Shown here in pieces: positions 1 to 8,578 of a stretch of DNA of 32,000 nt. The stretch is from Vibrio vulnificus CMCP6. Lineage in GTDB: Bacteria; Pseudomonadota; Gammaproteobacteria; Enterobacterales; Vibrionaceae. The stretch lies in contig NC_004459.3 in assembly GCF_000039765.1 (NCBI RefSeq), positions 2,331,127 through 2,363,126 on the forward strand, in the 5' to 3' direction. The notes beneath the pieces are model-generated. The model saw only the letters and a list, made by a program, of their open reading frames with translations. It did no database searches and had not been told where the DNA came from. Position 1 is the first letter of the stretch. Every line of letters starts with the position of its first letter. The translations under genes and the position numbers were made by a program.

Positions 1-1
1 T

Positions 2-109
2 ATCGCGTTTGCCGCTTTATCAGCCTTGCGTTACGGCTTTATTTATCTCACGGTGAACAAACGAGCGCGCAGTATGAGCGATAGCGAGGTGCTGCGTGAC
101 ACTCAATAA
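2..109 (+). CDS. 3' end of an upstream gene (partial), probably a membrane protein of the polysaccharide locus
   Basis: Frame 2 is open from the window edge (IAFAALSALRYGFIYLTVNKRARSMSDSEVLRDTQ*). It has a hydrophobic stretch followed by a charged tail. Its stop overlaps the GTG start of the next gene by 14 nt. There is too little sequence to assign a family. Confidence 0.3.
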   Translation: MAFAALSALRYGFIYLTVNKRARSMSDSEVLRDTQ

Positions 110-1496
110 TGGCTTTTACTTACAAGGACTCGCTTGGATAACCCTAGTGGTGTGCGGTTTGGTACAGTATTTCACGGGCATCGGTTCGGTGCTGTGGCTA
201 CCATTTATTTTGGCCTGTGTGATGGTCATTTTATTGATGATGCAAACACGTTTCAGCCAGTTTTCGCTTGATACACAAGAGCAGCTTATCTTGTTTGGCC
301 TTGTGGCCCTGTTTATCTTGGCCCTGTTATCGACCGTGTTACAAAACGGCGTGACCGTCACCATTGTGGGCTTTAAAAACGAGTTGGCGATGGCGCTGAT
401 AACACTGTGCTTATTGCTTGGCTTTTGCCGCGAATCCCAAATCTATCGTGTGACTCAAACGCTGTACTGGATTTTCTATCTGCAATTTCCGGTGATTGCT
501 TATCAAGTTTTGGTCATGGTGCCAAAACGCGTTGCCGCGATGGGGGAGTACGAAAAGTGGGACTCTGTGGTGGGCACGTTTGGCGGTGATCCACTAGGAG
601 GCGGGAACACCGCCGCTCTGGGGCTGTTTTGCCTACTTATCATGTTGCTCAAATTGTCTGAATACAAACATGGTGTGGCGACAAAGCGCAGCACGCTGCT
701 GCACATCATTGCCGCGTTTGCGGTTTGCGTATTGGGCGAAATTAAGTTTGTCATTCTTATTTCGCCTCTGCTTTTGGCTTTTACGTGGTTTGCTCCCAGC
801 TATTTGAAAGGCATGCGCCGATACGGACTAAAAATGGTGTTGATCATCCTCTTCGGGATGTTGGCTCTGATCACCATCGCGGTATTGGTGTTGGCAGGCT
901 CTTATGCGTCGGCATTTGGTGGTGACCCAAGCAAAGGAGCGTTGATGGTGTTCATCGACTCTCTCTCCTACGCGTTTGATCCTCATTACATCATGCCTTC
1001 TGGTGAGTTGGGGCGAATGACCACCTTGTTCTTTTGGCAAGAAAATAGCGATTTGTATGGTTGGCCAAGCCAATGGTTTGGCTATGGCCTTAATGCCACC
1101 AACCACGGCAGCTCAGTTGCGCCGGGTTTTCTGAATCAGGTGTTCAATGTTCTGCTGGATTCCACCTCGCTAAGCATGATGCTTTGGGAGCTCGGGCTAG
1201 CTGGTTTACTGCTGTTTGTTGCGGTCGTGGGCACCATCGTGTGGGTTGCCTTGCCAACACCGCAACTCGATATCGAGTCAATCAACGATGAAGACCGACG
1301 ATTACTGGCATCACAACCGGCGTTTATCGCCTTCATTATCGCCGTGCTGCTCAGCCTGCCGTATAGCCAAATCTTAATGTTAGTTCCTATGTTGCAGTTT
1401 CTATTTTACTTCGCGTTAGGCGCGGTGGTGGTGATTCGCCAATCGGTAAGGCAGCAAGTAACCCATTGTGATTTTGCGATGCGTGATGAAGCGTAA
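96..1496 (+). CDS. Polytopic inner-membrane protein, putative polysaccharide polymerase (Wzy / O-antigen-ligase-like)
   Basis: 466 aa with roughly 10-12 hydrophobic segments and one larger hydrophilic loop (aa ~280-345). It sits directly upstream of three glycosyltransferase genes. Function is inferred from topology and context, not from a recognised catalytic motif. Confidence 0.55.
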   Translation: MTLNNGFYLQGLAWITLVVCGLVQYFTGIGSVLWLPFILACVMVILLMMQTRFSQFSLDTQEQLILFGLVALFILALLSTVLQNGVTVTIVGFKNELAMALITLCLLLGFCRESQIYRVTQTLYWIFYLQFPVIAYQVLVMVPKRVAAMGEYEKWDSVVGTFGGDPLGGGNTAALGLFCLLIMLLKLSEYKHGVATKRSTLLHIIAAFAVCVLGEIKFVILISPLLLAFTWFAPSYLKGMRRYGLKMVLIILFGMLALITIAVLVLAGSYASAFGGDPSKGALMVFIDSLSYAFDPHYIMPSGELGRMTTLFFWQENSDLYGWPSQWFGYGLNATNHGSSVAPGFLNQVFNVLLDSTSLSMMLWELGLAGLLLFVAVVGTIVWVALPTPQLDIESINDEDRRLLASQPAFIAFIIAVLLSLPYSQILMLVPMLQFLFYFALGAVVVIRQSVRQQVTHCDFAMRDEA

Positions 1497-1540
1497 TACG
1501 CAGCTAGATAACACAGAATGATCAATAAAAAGAGTGAGAT

Positions 1541-2539
1541 ATGACCATTAAGCCATTAATCAGTGTCATCATTAAAACCTACAATGAACAGCAAGGCATC
1601 GCGAATACGATCGACAGTATTCGCCAAAACCTTGCTGCTTTTCCTCACGAGATTCTGGTGGCGGACAGCCTTTCTACCGATGAAACACCCTCTATCGCGC
1701 TAGCCAAGGGGGCAACCGTAGTCAGCCTAGTGAATGAAAGTGAGCGTTGTTGTGGAGTGGGCCATCAATTGGGTTATCTCCATGCCAAAGGTGAATTTCT
1801 ACTCTTGATGGATGGCGATATGGAACTGGCTCCTGGCTTTATTGAAGCGGGTGTCGACTTTTTGCGTTCTCATCCTACTTATGCCGGTGTGGCTGGCATG
1901 GTTGAGATGGATGATGCCGTTAGCTACGAATTCAAATCACGCAAACAGCGCCTACACAAAATCTACCCTCTGGGGGATTGCACGCATCTCGGCGGAGGTG
2001 GCCTTTACCGCAAAAGTGCCATTGATGAGATCGGTTATCTCACTAACCGTAACTTACACGCGTATGAAGAAGCCGAGTTGGGCATGCGTTTGAAGCACGC
2101 TGGCTATAAGCTGCATCGCTTAGCGCAGCCTTATTTTCACCACACTTCTTATGATCTCTCCACTTGGCAATTGCTCAAATATCGCTGGCGCAGCCAGTAT
2201 TTGTTTGCGCCGGGCGAGCTGTTGAGAAGCGCTTGGGGGAAACCGCATTTCCGCGATGCTCTGCATACGGTTAAAAACGAAGCGATATTCACTCTCTATC
2301 TCGGTGTACTGCTGGCAGCACTATGCACGTTGAAGCCTGTGGTGATTGCGCTGGCGCTCATGCCTCTTAGTGCTTTTTTTCTGCTTAAAGCGCTCAAAAA
2401 TCGTTCTTTGCGCGATGCGGCGCAAAGCGTGATCAACCTAACTGTCTTTTCGGCAGGGTTGGTTCGAGGGCTGTTTTCCGCTCATAACGATCCACATCAA
2501 GCACCACAAAATACCTTAACGAAAGGAGAGCAAGCATGA
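1541..2539 (+). CDS. Family 2 glycosyltransferase with C-terminal transmembrane segments
   Basis: The N-terminus ISVIIKTYNEQQGIANTIDSI is typical of a GT-A fold. A DGD motif is present (LLLMDGDMEL). There are two C-terminal hydrophobic helices. The stop overlaps the next start (ATGA at 2536-2539). Confidence 0.85.
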   Translation: MTIKPLISVIIKTYNEQQGIANTIDSIRQNLAAFPHEILVADSLSTDETPSIALAKGATVVSLVNESERCCGVGHQLGYLHAKGEFLLLMDGDMELAPGFIEAGVDFLRSHPTYAGVAGMVEMDDAVSYEFKSRKQRLHKIYPLGDCTHLGGGGLYRKSAIDEIGYLTNRNLHAYEEAELGMRLKHAGYKLHRLAQPYFHHTSYDLSTWQLLKYRWRSQYLFAPGELLRSAWGKPHFRDALHTVKNEAIFTLYLGVLLAALCTLKPVVIALALMPLSAFFLLKALKNRSLRDAAQSVINLTVFSAGLVRGLFSAHNDPHQAPQNTLTKGEQA

Positions 2540-3741
2540 AAGTATTGTTGGTTAACAAGTTCTTCTTTTTGAAAGGCGGTGCTGAGACGGTGTTTTTTCA
2601 AGAGCGTGAGCTGCTTCAGTCGGCGGGTTTCGAGATCATCGATTTCGCCATGAAGCATGAGAAAAACCTCACTTCCTCATACAGCGACTTTTTTGTCGAC
2701 AACGTCGACTACCACCAAGGGCATGGGATCAGCAGTAGCTTGAAGACCGCTTGGGCGTTTATTCACAACAGTGATGCGTGTGCCAAGCTAAAAGCACTGA
2801 TTGAGCAAGAACAGCCACAAGTCGTACATTTTCATAATATTTACCATCAGTTGACACCCTCACTGATTAAAGTGGCAAAATCTGCGGGTTGCAAAACGGT
2901 ACTTACGGCACACGATACGAAAATTGCTTGCCCGAGTTACACCATGTATCGCCAAGGTAAAACTTGCGAAGCCTGCCTAGATGGCAGTGTTTGGAACGCG
3001 ACACGTTACCGTTGCCAACAAGGATCTCTATTTAAAAGTGTGTTGCTTTCACTCGAAGCAACCTATCAATCTTTAGCGGGAAATTATCGCGCGCTTGACG
3101 TGATTATTTCTCCGAGCGAATTTCTTGCGAGCATCTTGCGCCGCAAGTTACCAGAAAACCACATTGAAGTGATTGTCAATGGCATCGACGAAAACGTCGA
3201 TTGCAGCGACGTCAGTGATGACGGTTATTTTCTCTATCTAGGACGATTAAGTCAGGAAAAAGGCGTAGCGACGCTGGCGGCTGCTTATCAGCAGTCACAA
3301 CGCTTGTTGCCGCTCAAAGTAGTGGGGGATGGCCCACTGCATGACACGTTAAAACAGCAATACAGCATGATCGAATTTCTGGGCTTTCAATCTGGCGATG
3401 CATTACATCAACTGATTAAAAAAGCCAGTGCGATCGTGGTGCCGTCAGAGTGCTATGAGAACTGTTCAATGTCCGTTCTTGAGGCGATGGCGTATGGAAA
3501 ACCCGTGATTGGAGCCAATATTGGAGGGATTCCAGAGCAGGTAAGAGAGGGAACGGAAGGGCATCTATTTGTTGCAGGGAACTCTACTTCTTTGGCTGAG
3601 GTAATGGACACTTTTGCCCAACATCCAGAGAAGGCGGCTCAATTAGGCCACAATGCGCGTCAACGATTAGAACAGCGTTACTCGTTGACCCGTCATCAAC
3701 AAAGCTTAATGAGTCTTTACCGAAATCTAATCAATAAGTGA
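2536..3741 (+). CDS. GT-B glycosyltransferase (GT4/family 1-like)
   Basis: MKVLLVNKFFFLKGGAETV at the N-terminus. The C-terminal motif ECYENCSMSVLEAMAYGKPVIGANIGGIPEQV matches the E-x7-E signature region of retaining GT4 enzymes. Confidence 0.85.
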   Translation: MKVLLVNKFFFLKGGAETVFFQERELLQSAGFEIIDFAMKHEKNLTSSYSDFFVDNVDYHQGHGISSSLKTAWAFIHNSDACAKLKALIEQEQPQVVHFHNIYHQLTPSLIKVAKSAGCKTVLTAHDTKIACPSYTMYRQGKTCEACLDGSVWNATRYRCQQGSLFKSVLLSLEATYQSLAGNYRALDVIISPSEFLASILRRKLPENHIEVIVNGIDENVDCSDVSDDGYFLYLGRLSQEKGVATLAAAYQQSQRLLPLKVVGDGPLHDTLKQQYSMIEFLGFQSGDALHQLIKKASAIVVPSECYENCSMSVLEAMAYGKPVIGANIGGIPEQVREGTEGHLFVAGNSTSLAEVMDTFAQHPEKAAQLGHNARQRLEQRYSLTRHQQSLMSLYRNLINK

Positions 3742-3746
3742 GAAGC

Positions 3747-4853
3747 ATGACATTAAAAATTACCGTATTGGGTACGCGTGGTATTCCCAATGTTTTAGGT
3801 GGTGTCGAAACACATTGTCAGCATTTATATCCTCAAGTTGTCGAACAATCCGATTCTCAAGTCTGCGTATTGGCACGCTCTCCTTATGTCGACTATCGAC
3901 ATTCCCAGTATCAAGGGGTGGAGACGAAATCGGTGTGGGCGCCAAAGAAAAAATCGTTGGAAGCCGTCATCCACTCGACCTTAGCGGCACTTTCGACCTG
4001 GCTGGATCGCTCGCAAGTGGTGCATGTTCACGCCATTGGTCCGGGTTTAGTGGTGCCACTGCTGCGTTTACTGGGTAAGAAAGTCGTTTTTACCCACCAT
4101 GGACCTGACTATGATCGCCAAAAATGGGGTGGTTTTGCTAAGAAAATTCTGATGCTTGGCGAAAAGCTCGCGGTGCGTTGGTCAAACGAAGTGATCGTGA
4201 TCTCGGATGTGATTAACGATTTAATCCAACAGAAATACCATCGTTACGATGCACACCTGATTTACAACGGTGTGGAAGCGTCAGGCCAACTTGATGAGCA
4301 GCAAGTACAAGACGTGATGACCAAGCATGGCTTGCTGGTGAAGGAATATTTTGTGGCGGTAGGGCGCTTTGTTGAAGAAAAAGGGTTCCATGATCTGATT
4401 GATGCCTATGCACAGTCTGGTTCCACTCTGCCTTTAGTATTGGTGGGCGATACCGATCATGAAACGAAGTACAGCGCCGAACTAAAAGAAAAAGCACGCA
4501 ACACACCAAACATCTATATGACCGGTTTTTTAAATGGTGATGAGCTGAAAGCCGTCTTTTCTCAGGCGCGCGCATTTGTAATGCCGTCTTATCATGAAGG
4601 GTTGCCGATTGCCTTGCTTGAAGCCATGTCTTATTCATTGCCAGCCGTTGTGAGTGATATTCCAGCCAATGCAGAGGTTGCGTTGCCGGAAGAAAACTAT
4701 TTTCCAGTGGGTGATGTGGTGGCGCTGAGCAAAAAATTAAAACAAGCAGAGCAAGCTGAAACCGTGGATTACCATGATTATTTGGCTAAATACGACTGGC
4801 ATAAAATCGCGGATCAAACCATTGCGGTTTATCAGAAGGCGTTGGAGAAATAA
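3747..4853 (+). CDS. GT-B glycosyltransferase with a DUF1972-like N-terminal half
   Basis: MTLKITVLGTRGIPNVLGGVETHCQHLYP resembles the DUF1972/WchF-type N-terminus. The C-terminal SYHEGLPIALLEAMSYSLPAVVSDIPAN is GT1-like. ATG 3747 is preferred over the GTG at 3738 listed in the track. Confidence 0.8.
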   Translation: MTLKITVLGTRGIPNVLGGVETHCQHLYPQVVEQSDSQVCVLARSPYVDYRHSQYQGVETKSVWAPKKKSLEAVIHSTLAALSTWLDRSQVVHVHAIGPGLVVPLLRLLGKKVVFTHHGPDYDRQKWGGFAKKILMLGEKLAVRWSNEVIVISDVINDLIQQKYHRYDAHLIYNGVEASGQLDEQQVQDVMTKHGLLVKEYFVAVGRFVEEKGFHDLIDAYAQSGSTLPLVLVGDTDHETKYSAELKEKARNTPNIYMTGFLNGDELKAVFSQARAFVMPSYHEGLPIALLEAMSYSLPAVVSDIPANAEVALPEENYFPVGDVVALSKKLKQAEQAETVDYHDYLAKYDWHKIADQTIAVYQKALEK

Positions 4854-4855
4854 AC

Positions 4856-5260
4856 GTGGATGCGAAAAAAGCCAACAAGGCAGTGGCACAATTTTACCAT
4901 GCGCTGGACAAGCAAACGGCAGAGAGCTTAACTGAGCAACAGAAGCGCGACATTGAACAAGCGGTGCAATCCATCGGCCTAGTGGCTCGGCATTCGCTCG
5001 ATGTTCGTAAGAGCTTGCCCTGGTTTGGCAAGCGCTACTATTTTGTTCTCCTTTGCGGTCGTGACCGCCGTGGACAAGTTCGAGCGGAAGAGTCGGCATT
5101 GGCTAACTTTTTTACGGTGACGTTTGTTGTCATCGCGTTGTTGACCTTGTTTGGCTTATCCGCCTTGGCGTTATACCTGCTTAAGTCAGCGTTAGGGATT
5201 GATATCTTCAAAGACTACTCGCTAGGAATATGGGACTGGTTTAAAGGTCTGATTCACTAG
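4856..5260 (+). CDS. Small membrane protein of unknown function
   Basis: 134 aa with a GTG start 2 nt after the preceding stop. A charged helical N-terminal half is followed by one clear transmembrane helix (FFTVTFVVIALLTLFGLSALALYLL). No family recognised. Confidence 0.5.
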   Translation: MDAKKANKAVAQFYHALDKQTAESLTEQQKRDIEQAVQSIGLVARHSLDVRKSLPWFGKRYYFVLLCGRDRRGQVRAEESALANFFTVTFVVIALLTLFGLSALALYLLKSALGIDIFKDYSLGIWDWFKGLIH

Positions 5261-5300
5261 TGTTGTCAGCGAGTTCATACTCAATACGAAAAGGTACGGA

Positions 5301-6779
5301 ATGAAACTTCGATTTTACCAGCAACTCTTATTGGCTTCGCTTATTAGCATGCCCGTTACCGCTTGCTATGCCAAAAAAGGCCAAGCGGAAAACGGTGCAA
5401 ACAAACCGGAGAATTCCGTTGTTGAGGGCGCGGATCCCGTTGAAGAGGGGATCGTGACGGTTTATCCAACGGAATTATCAGGGCCAATCAGTAATCCCGG
5501 AATGGGGGTCGAAACGTTTCATAACAATTGGGGCGCGACTCTAAGCACGGCACAATATCCAGAAGCGGGTATTGATTACTATCGTTTTTATTGGAATGAG
5601 TTAGAGCCTGTTGAAGGGCAATATGCTTTTGATAAGCTCGATCGAATTTTGGCGGAAAATCGTCAGGAATCACCAGCGAAGATGATTGCGATACGTTTTA
5701 TGACCGCCGATGAGCCTTATACTGGCAGCAAAATCCCAAGCTGGTTGATCAATAAAGGGATCGCGGGCGACTGGAGTGAAGATGGTTCCACTTTCGTTCC
5801 GAGCCTTGAAGACAGCGTGTACATGAGTTACATGGCGAAGCTGTTGAACGCGTTTGGTAAGCGTTACGATGGCAATCCTAACCTCAGCCATGTTGATATC
5901 GGTATGGTTGGTTCTTGGGGCGAGTGGCATAACAGTAATTTTTCCAACCTAGCACCACTGCATCAGCGTTACAGTGATGCAACACTCAATCATATTGTGG
6001 ATTTGCACTTTCAAGCGTTTCCCAAAACCCCTAAAGTCATGCTTATCAGCGGTGAGAACAGCCTAAATTATGCGGTGAGTAAAGGGGCTGGGTGGCGCGC
6101 CGATTGTTGGGGAGATTGGCATCATTTCTCGACGACATGGAGTCATATGAAAGATGACTATCCATACCGTCTGCAGCAAGCCGAACAAAAAGACAGCCAG
6201 TTTAAAGAGGCATGGCAACACGGGCCCATAAGCTTAGAAACCTGCGGAACCATGCAGGAATGGCGAAGCGCGCAGGACTACACGTTAGAGGAAATCCAAG
6301 CAAGCTTAGATTGGGCCATTGCACAGCATGCTTCTTCGCTTAATCTTAAATCGAAACCGATCCCAGAGGAGTATCGCCCGCTGCTGGACAACGCGTTGAG
6401 CAAGTTAGGTTACCGATTGAGAATCAAAAGTTTGTCTCACCAGCAACAACTCAGTGCGGGCAGCACTTGGGTTATTGAAACCTTGTTCAGTAATGATGGC
6501 GTCGCACCGCCCTATATTCACCGTAACTTAGCGTATCGTCTACGTAACAGTGAAGGAGAAACCGTGTTTTCAGCGATATCTAAGTATGACGTGAATGAAT
6601 GGTTACCCGGAGAGCACGCGACAAGAACCAGCTTAACGTTGCCAGACGCTCTTACGCGAGGAGATTATGCTGTTGAAGTGGCATTGATTGATAGCCATGG
6701 TGAGCTACCGCTGAACTTGGCTAATGATGGCAAACAAGCCTCTGGTTGGTATCGACTTTCTCAGTTGAGCATTCAATAA
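5301..6779 (+). CDS. Lipoprotein, DUF4832-like putative glycoside hydrolase
   Basis: Lipobox SMPVTAC. The central region (GMVGSWGEWHNSNF, GAGWRADCWGDWHH) resembles the TIM-barrel-like DUF4832 families by my recollection. It is the last gene of the polysaccharide cluster. Confidence 0.55.
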   Translation: MKLRFYQQLLLASLISMPVTACYAKKGQAENGANKPENSVVEGADPVEEGIVTVYPTELSGPISNPGMGVETFHNNWGATLSTAQYPEAGIDYYRFYWNELEPVEGQYAFDKLDRILAENRQESPAKMIAIRFMTADEPYTGSKIPSWLINKGIAGDWSEDGSTFVPSLEDSVYMSYMAKLLNAFGKRYDGNPNLSHVDIGMVGSWGEWHNSNFSNLAPLHQRYSDATLNHIVDLHFQAFPKTPKVMLISGENSLNYAVSKGAGWRADCWGDWHHFSTTWSHMKDDYPYRLQQAEQKDSQFKEAWQHGPISLETCGTMQEWRSAQDYTLEEIQASLDWAIAQHASSLNLKSKPIPEEYRPLLDNALSKLGYRLRIKSLSHQQQLSAGSTWVIETLFSNDGVAPPYIHRNLAYRLRNSEGETVFSAISKYDVNEWLPGEHATRTSLTLPDALTRGDYAVEVALIDSHGELPLNLANDGKQASGWYRLSQLSIQ

Positions 6780-6844
6780 CGCCTTTCAGCAAAAAACACC
6801 TCAAACGGCACCGAGCCTTTTGGTTTTTTTTATTTGCTTTGCGT

Positions 6845-7336
6845 TTAACAGTGCGCAGTTTGCAATTGATAGGTGACATCACCTCCCGCACTGGCGGGGT
6901 AAAACACTTCAACGTAGCACAGATGGGTAGGACCAACAGGCTTGTTCGCAAACCCAATTAAAAAATAGGGTTCGGCCGGGTTATCCACACCATACCATTT
7001 ATTGATGGTGAGTTTAGGGTCGAGCCCGGCAAGATCTTGTGCCGGAATGACGTATTTGATCAGGCCAAAATAGCCAATGAGATCGGGATGACCATCACCG
7101 TCCAGATCGATATTCGGAGCCAACTGCGCATTGACGGACTCTTGGTTTTGCAAAATGGCTTTGGTGTAGACTTGCGTATTGGCCGTTTCTAGTGCCGTTC
7201 TCGCGCCTTGGAGCACCGCAATACGAGCGTCCGTCTGAATATCCAGAAATCGCGCTGCTGCGGTAACGGCAATAATACCAATGATAACCAGCGTGACCAC
7301 CAGTTCGATGAGAGTAAAGCCTTTCGCTTTGGCCAT
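6845..7336 (-). CDS. Type IV (MSHA-type) pilin with prepilin N-terminal cleavage/methylation motif
   Basis: MAKAKG|FTLIELVVTLVIIGIIAVTAAARF is a class III signal peptide with Glu at +5. A C-terminal Cys pair is present (HLC...TAHC). AGGACG lies upstream of ATG 7336. The 19-aa extension in the track (to 7393) is rejected. Confidence 0.85.
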   Translation of the reverse strand: MAKAKGFTLIELVVTLVIIGIIAVTAAARFLDIQTDARIAVLQGARTALETANTQVYTKAILQNQESVNAQLAPNIDLDGDGHPDLIGYFGLIKYVIPAQDLAGLDPKLTINKWYGVDNPAEPYFLIGFANKPVGPTHLCYVEVFYPASAGGDVTYQLQTAHC

Positions 7337-7582
7337 AAGTCGTCCTAAAAAAGTATCGAAATATGAGTGTAAGACCAGATTAATCAACATCACGTTTCAT
7401 ATCTGAGAAAAACCACACTTGAATCAACAACATTTTTAGAACGTGAATCAAAGCTTTTCTTTTGCGGTTTTAATTGATGCTTAAGTGATTAAAAAGTGAA
7501 TTTGGGCACAAAAATAACCATTTAGTATTATGTGAAATTTAGACTATGCTTATATGAGTCCTGTTTCATTTGGTTGGCGAGT

Positions 7583-8566
7583 ATGTTAGTTCGGTTCCGA
7601 GCAAGTTTGTTTGTCACACTACTGTTAGTCATGGTGGGGGCTGTTGTTTGGTTGAGCAGTCAAAAGCCTCTTTATGACTCTGATTCGGTGATCACCATCG
7701 CGGTGTCTCAAACGCCACTTTCCGCCCCGTTTATTATTGCCAAAGAGCTTGGTTATCTCGACTCTGAAACCCTACGCGTTGATATATTGCCTTGTTATGG
7801 TGGGGTGAAATGTGCTCAGCTGATGTTTAATGGTGAGGTTCAATATGCGACAGCGTCGGAATCGGTAGTCATGTTTTCCAGCTTTGAGCGAAATGATTTT
7901 GCTGTGTTGGCGAGCTTTGTGGAGTCAGACAATGATTTAAAGTTACTCACTCTCAAAGAAAATGATATCGAACAAATTAGTCAACTCGATGGTAAGAAGG
8001 TCGGCGTTATCAAAGCCAGTTCCAGTGAGTATTATCTTGATGCGTTGATCAAATCGAGCGTTACGCCAGATATTTTCATAGAAAAGCATTACCTTCCCCC
8101 CAACGAAATGAGTATTGCGTTACTGGATCATCAAGTGGACGCGATCTCTATTTGGGAGCCCTACGGCTACCAGCTACAAAATGAAAAGTCTCATCAGATT
8201 CACGATTTGAGTATTCGTGGTATCTACCATCTTTCTTTTAACCTTATGGCATTAAAGTCTACGTTGGAATCCGCACCTCAAGAGAACAAGCAAGTGCTGG
8301 TAGCCTTAGACCGAGCGCTAGAGTGGATGCATGAACATCCCATAGAGACGCAGAAGATCGTCGCACGTTATTTGGATATTCCGATTGGGCAGTTGTCTTG
8401 GACTTGGGATGACTACGCATTTCGCTTGGTGTTGAGTAATAGCTTGCTTTCAAACTTGCAGATCCAAGCTCGTTGGGCGCTAGAAAATGGATTGGTGGCG
8501 GGTGAGATGCCCGATTACCGAAAACTCATCGATCGAACACAGTTATGGCGTGCGATACAGCACTAA
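7583..8566 (+). CDS. Periplasmic solute-binding protein, NMT1/SsuA/TauA-like, with no cognate ABC permease or ATPase
   Basis: N-terminal signal/anchor (LFVTLLLVMVGAVVWL). The body (ITIAVSQTPLSAPFIIAKELGYLD...VDILPCYGG...LMFNGEVQYA...GKKVGV) follows the pattern of the sulfonate/nitrate/NMT1 binding-protein family. The start is uncertain (ATG 7583 versus GTG 7532). Confidence 0.65.
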   Translation: MLVRFRASLFVTLLLVMVGAVVWLSSQKPLYDSDSVITIAVSQTPLSAPFIIAKELGYLDSETLRVDILPCYGGVKCAQLMFNGEVQYATASESVVMFSSFERNDFAVLASFVESDNDLKLLTLKENDIEQISQLDGKKVGVIKASSSEYYLDALIKSSVTPDIFIEKHYLPPNEMSIALLDHQVDAISIWEPYGYQLQNEKSHQIHDLSIRGIYHLSFNLMALKSTLESAPQENKQVLVALDRALEWMHEHPIETQKIVARYLDIPIGQLSWTWDDYAFRLVLSNSLLSNLQIQARWALENGLVAGEMPDYRKLIDRTQLWRAIQH

Positions 8567-8578
8567 AAGGTGGCAAGG

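Noticed and set aside
6791-6832. Possible terminator between the convergent DUF4832-like and pilin genes (A-tract, weak GGC/GCC stem, T9 run)
   Set aside because: The GC stem is only 3 bp and the rest is A-T pairing around a large loop. That is too weak to call from sequence alone.
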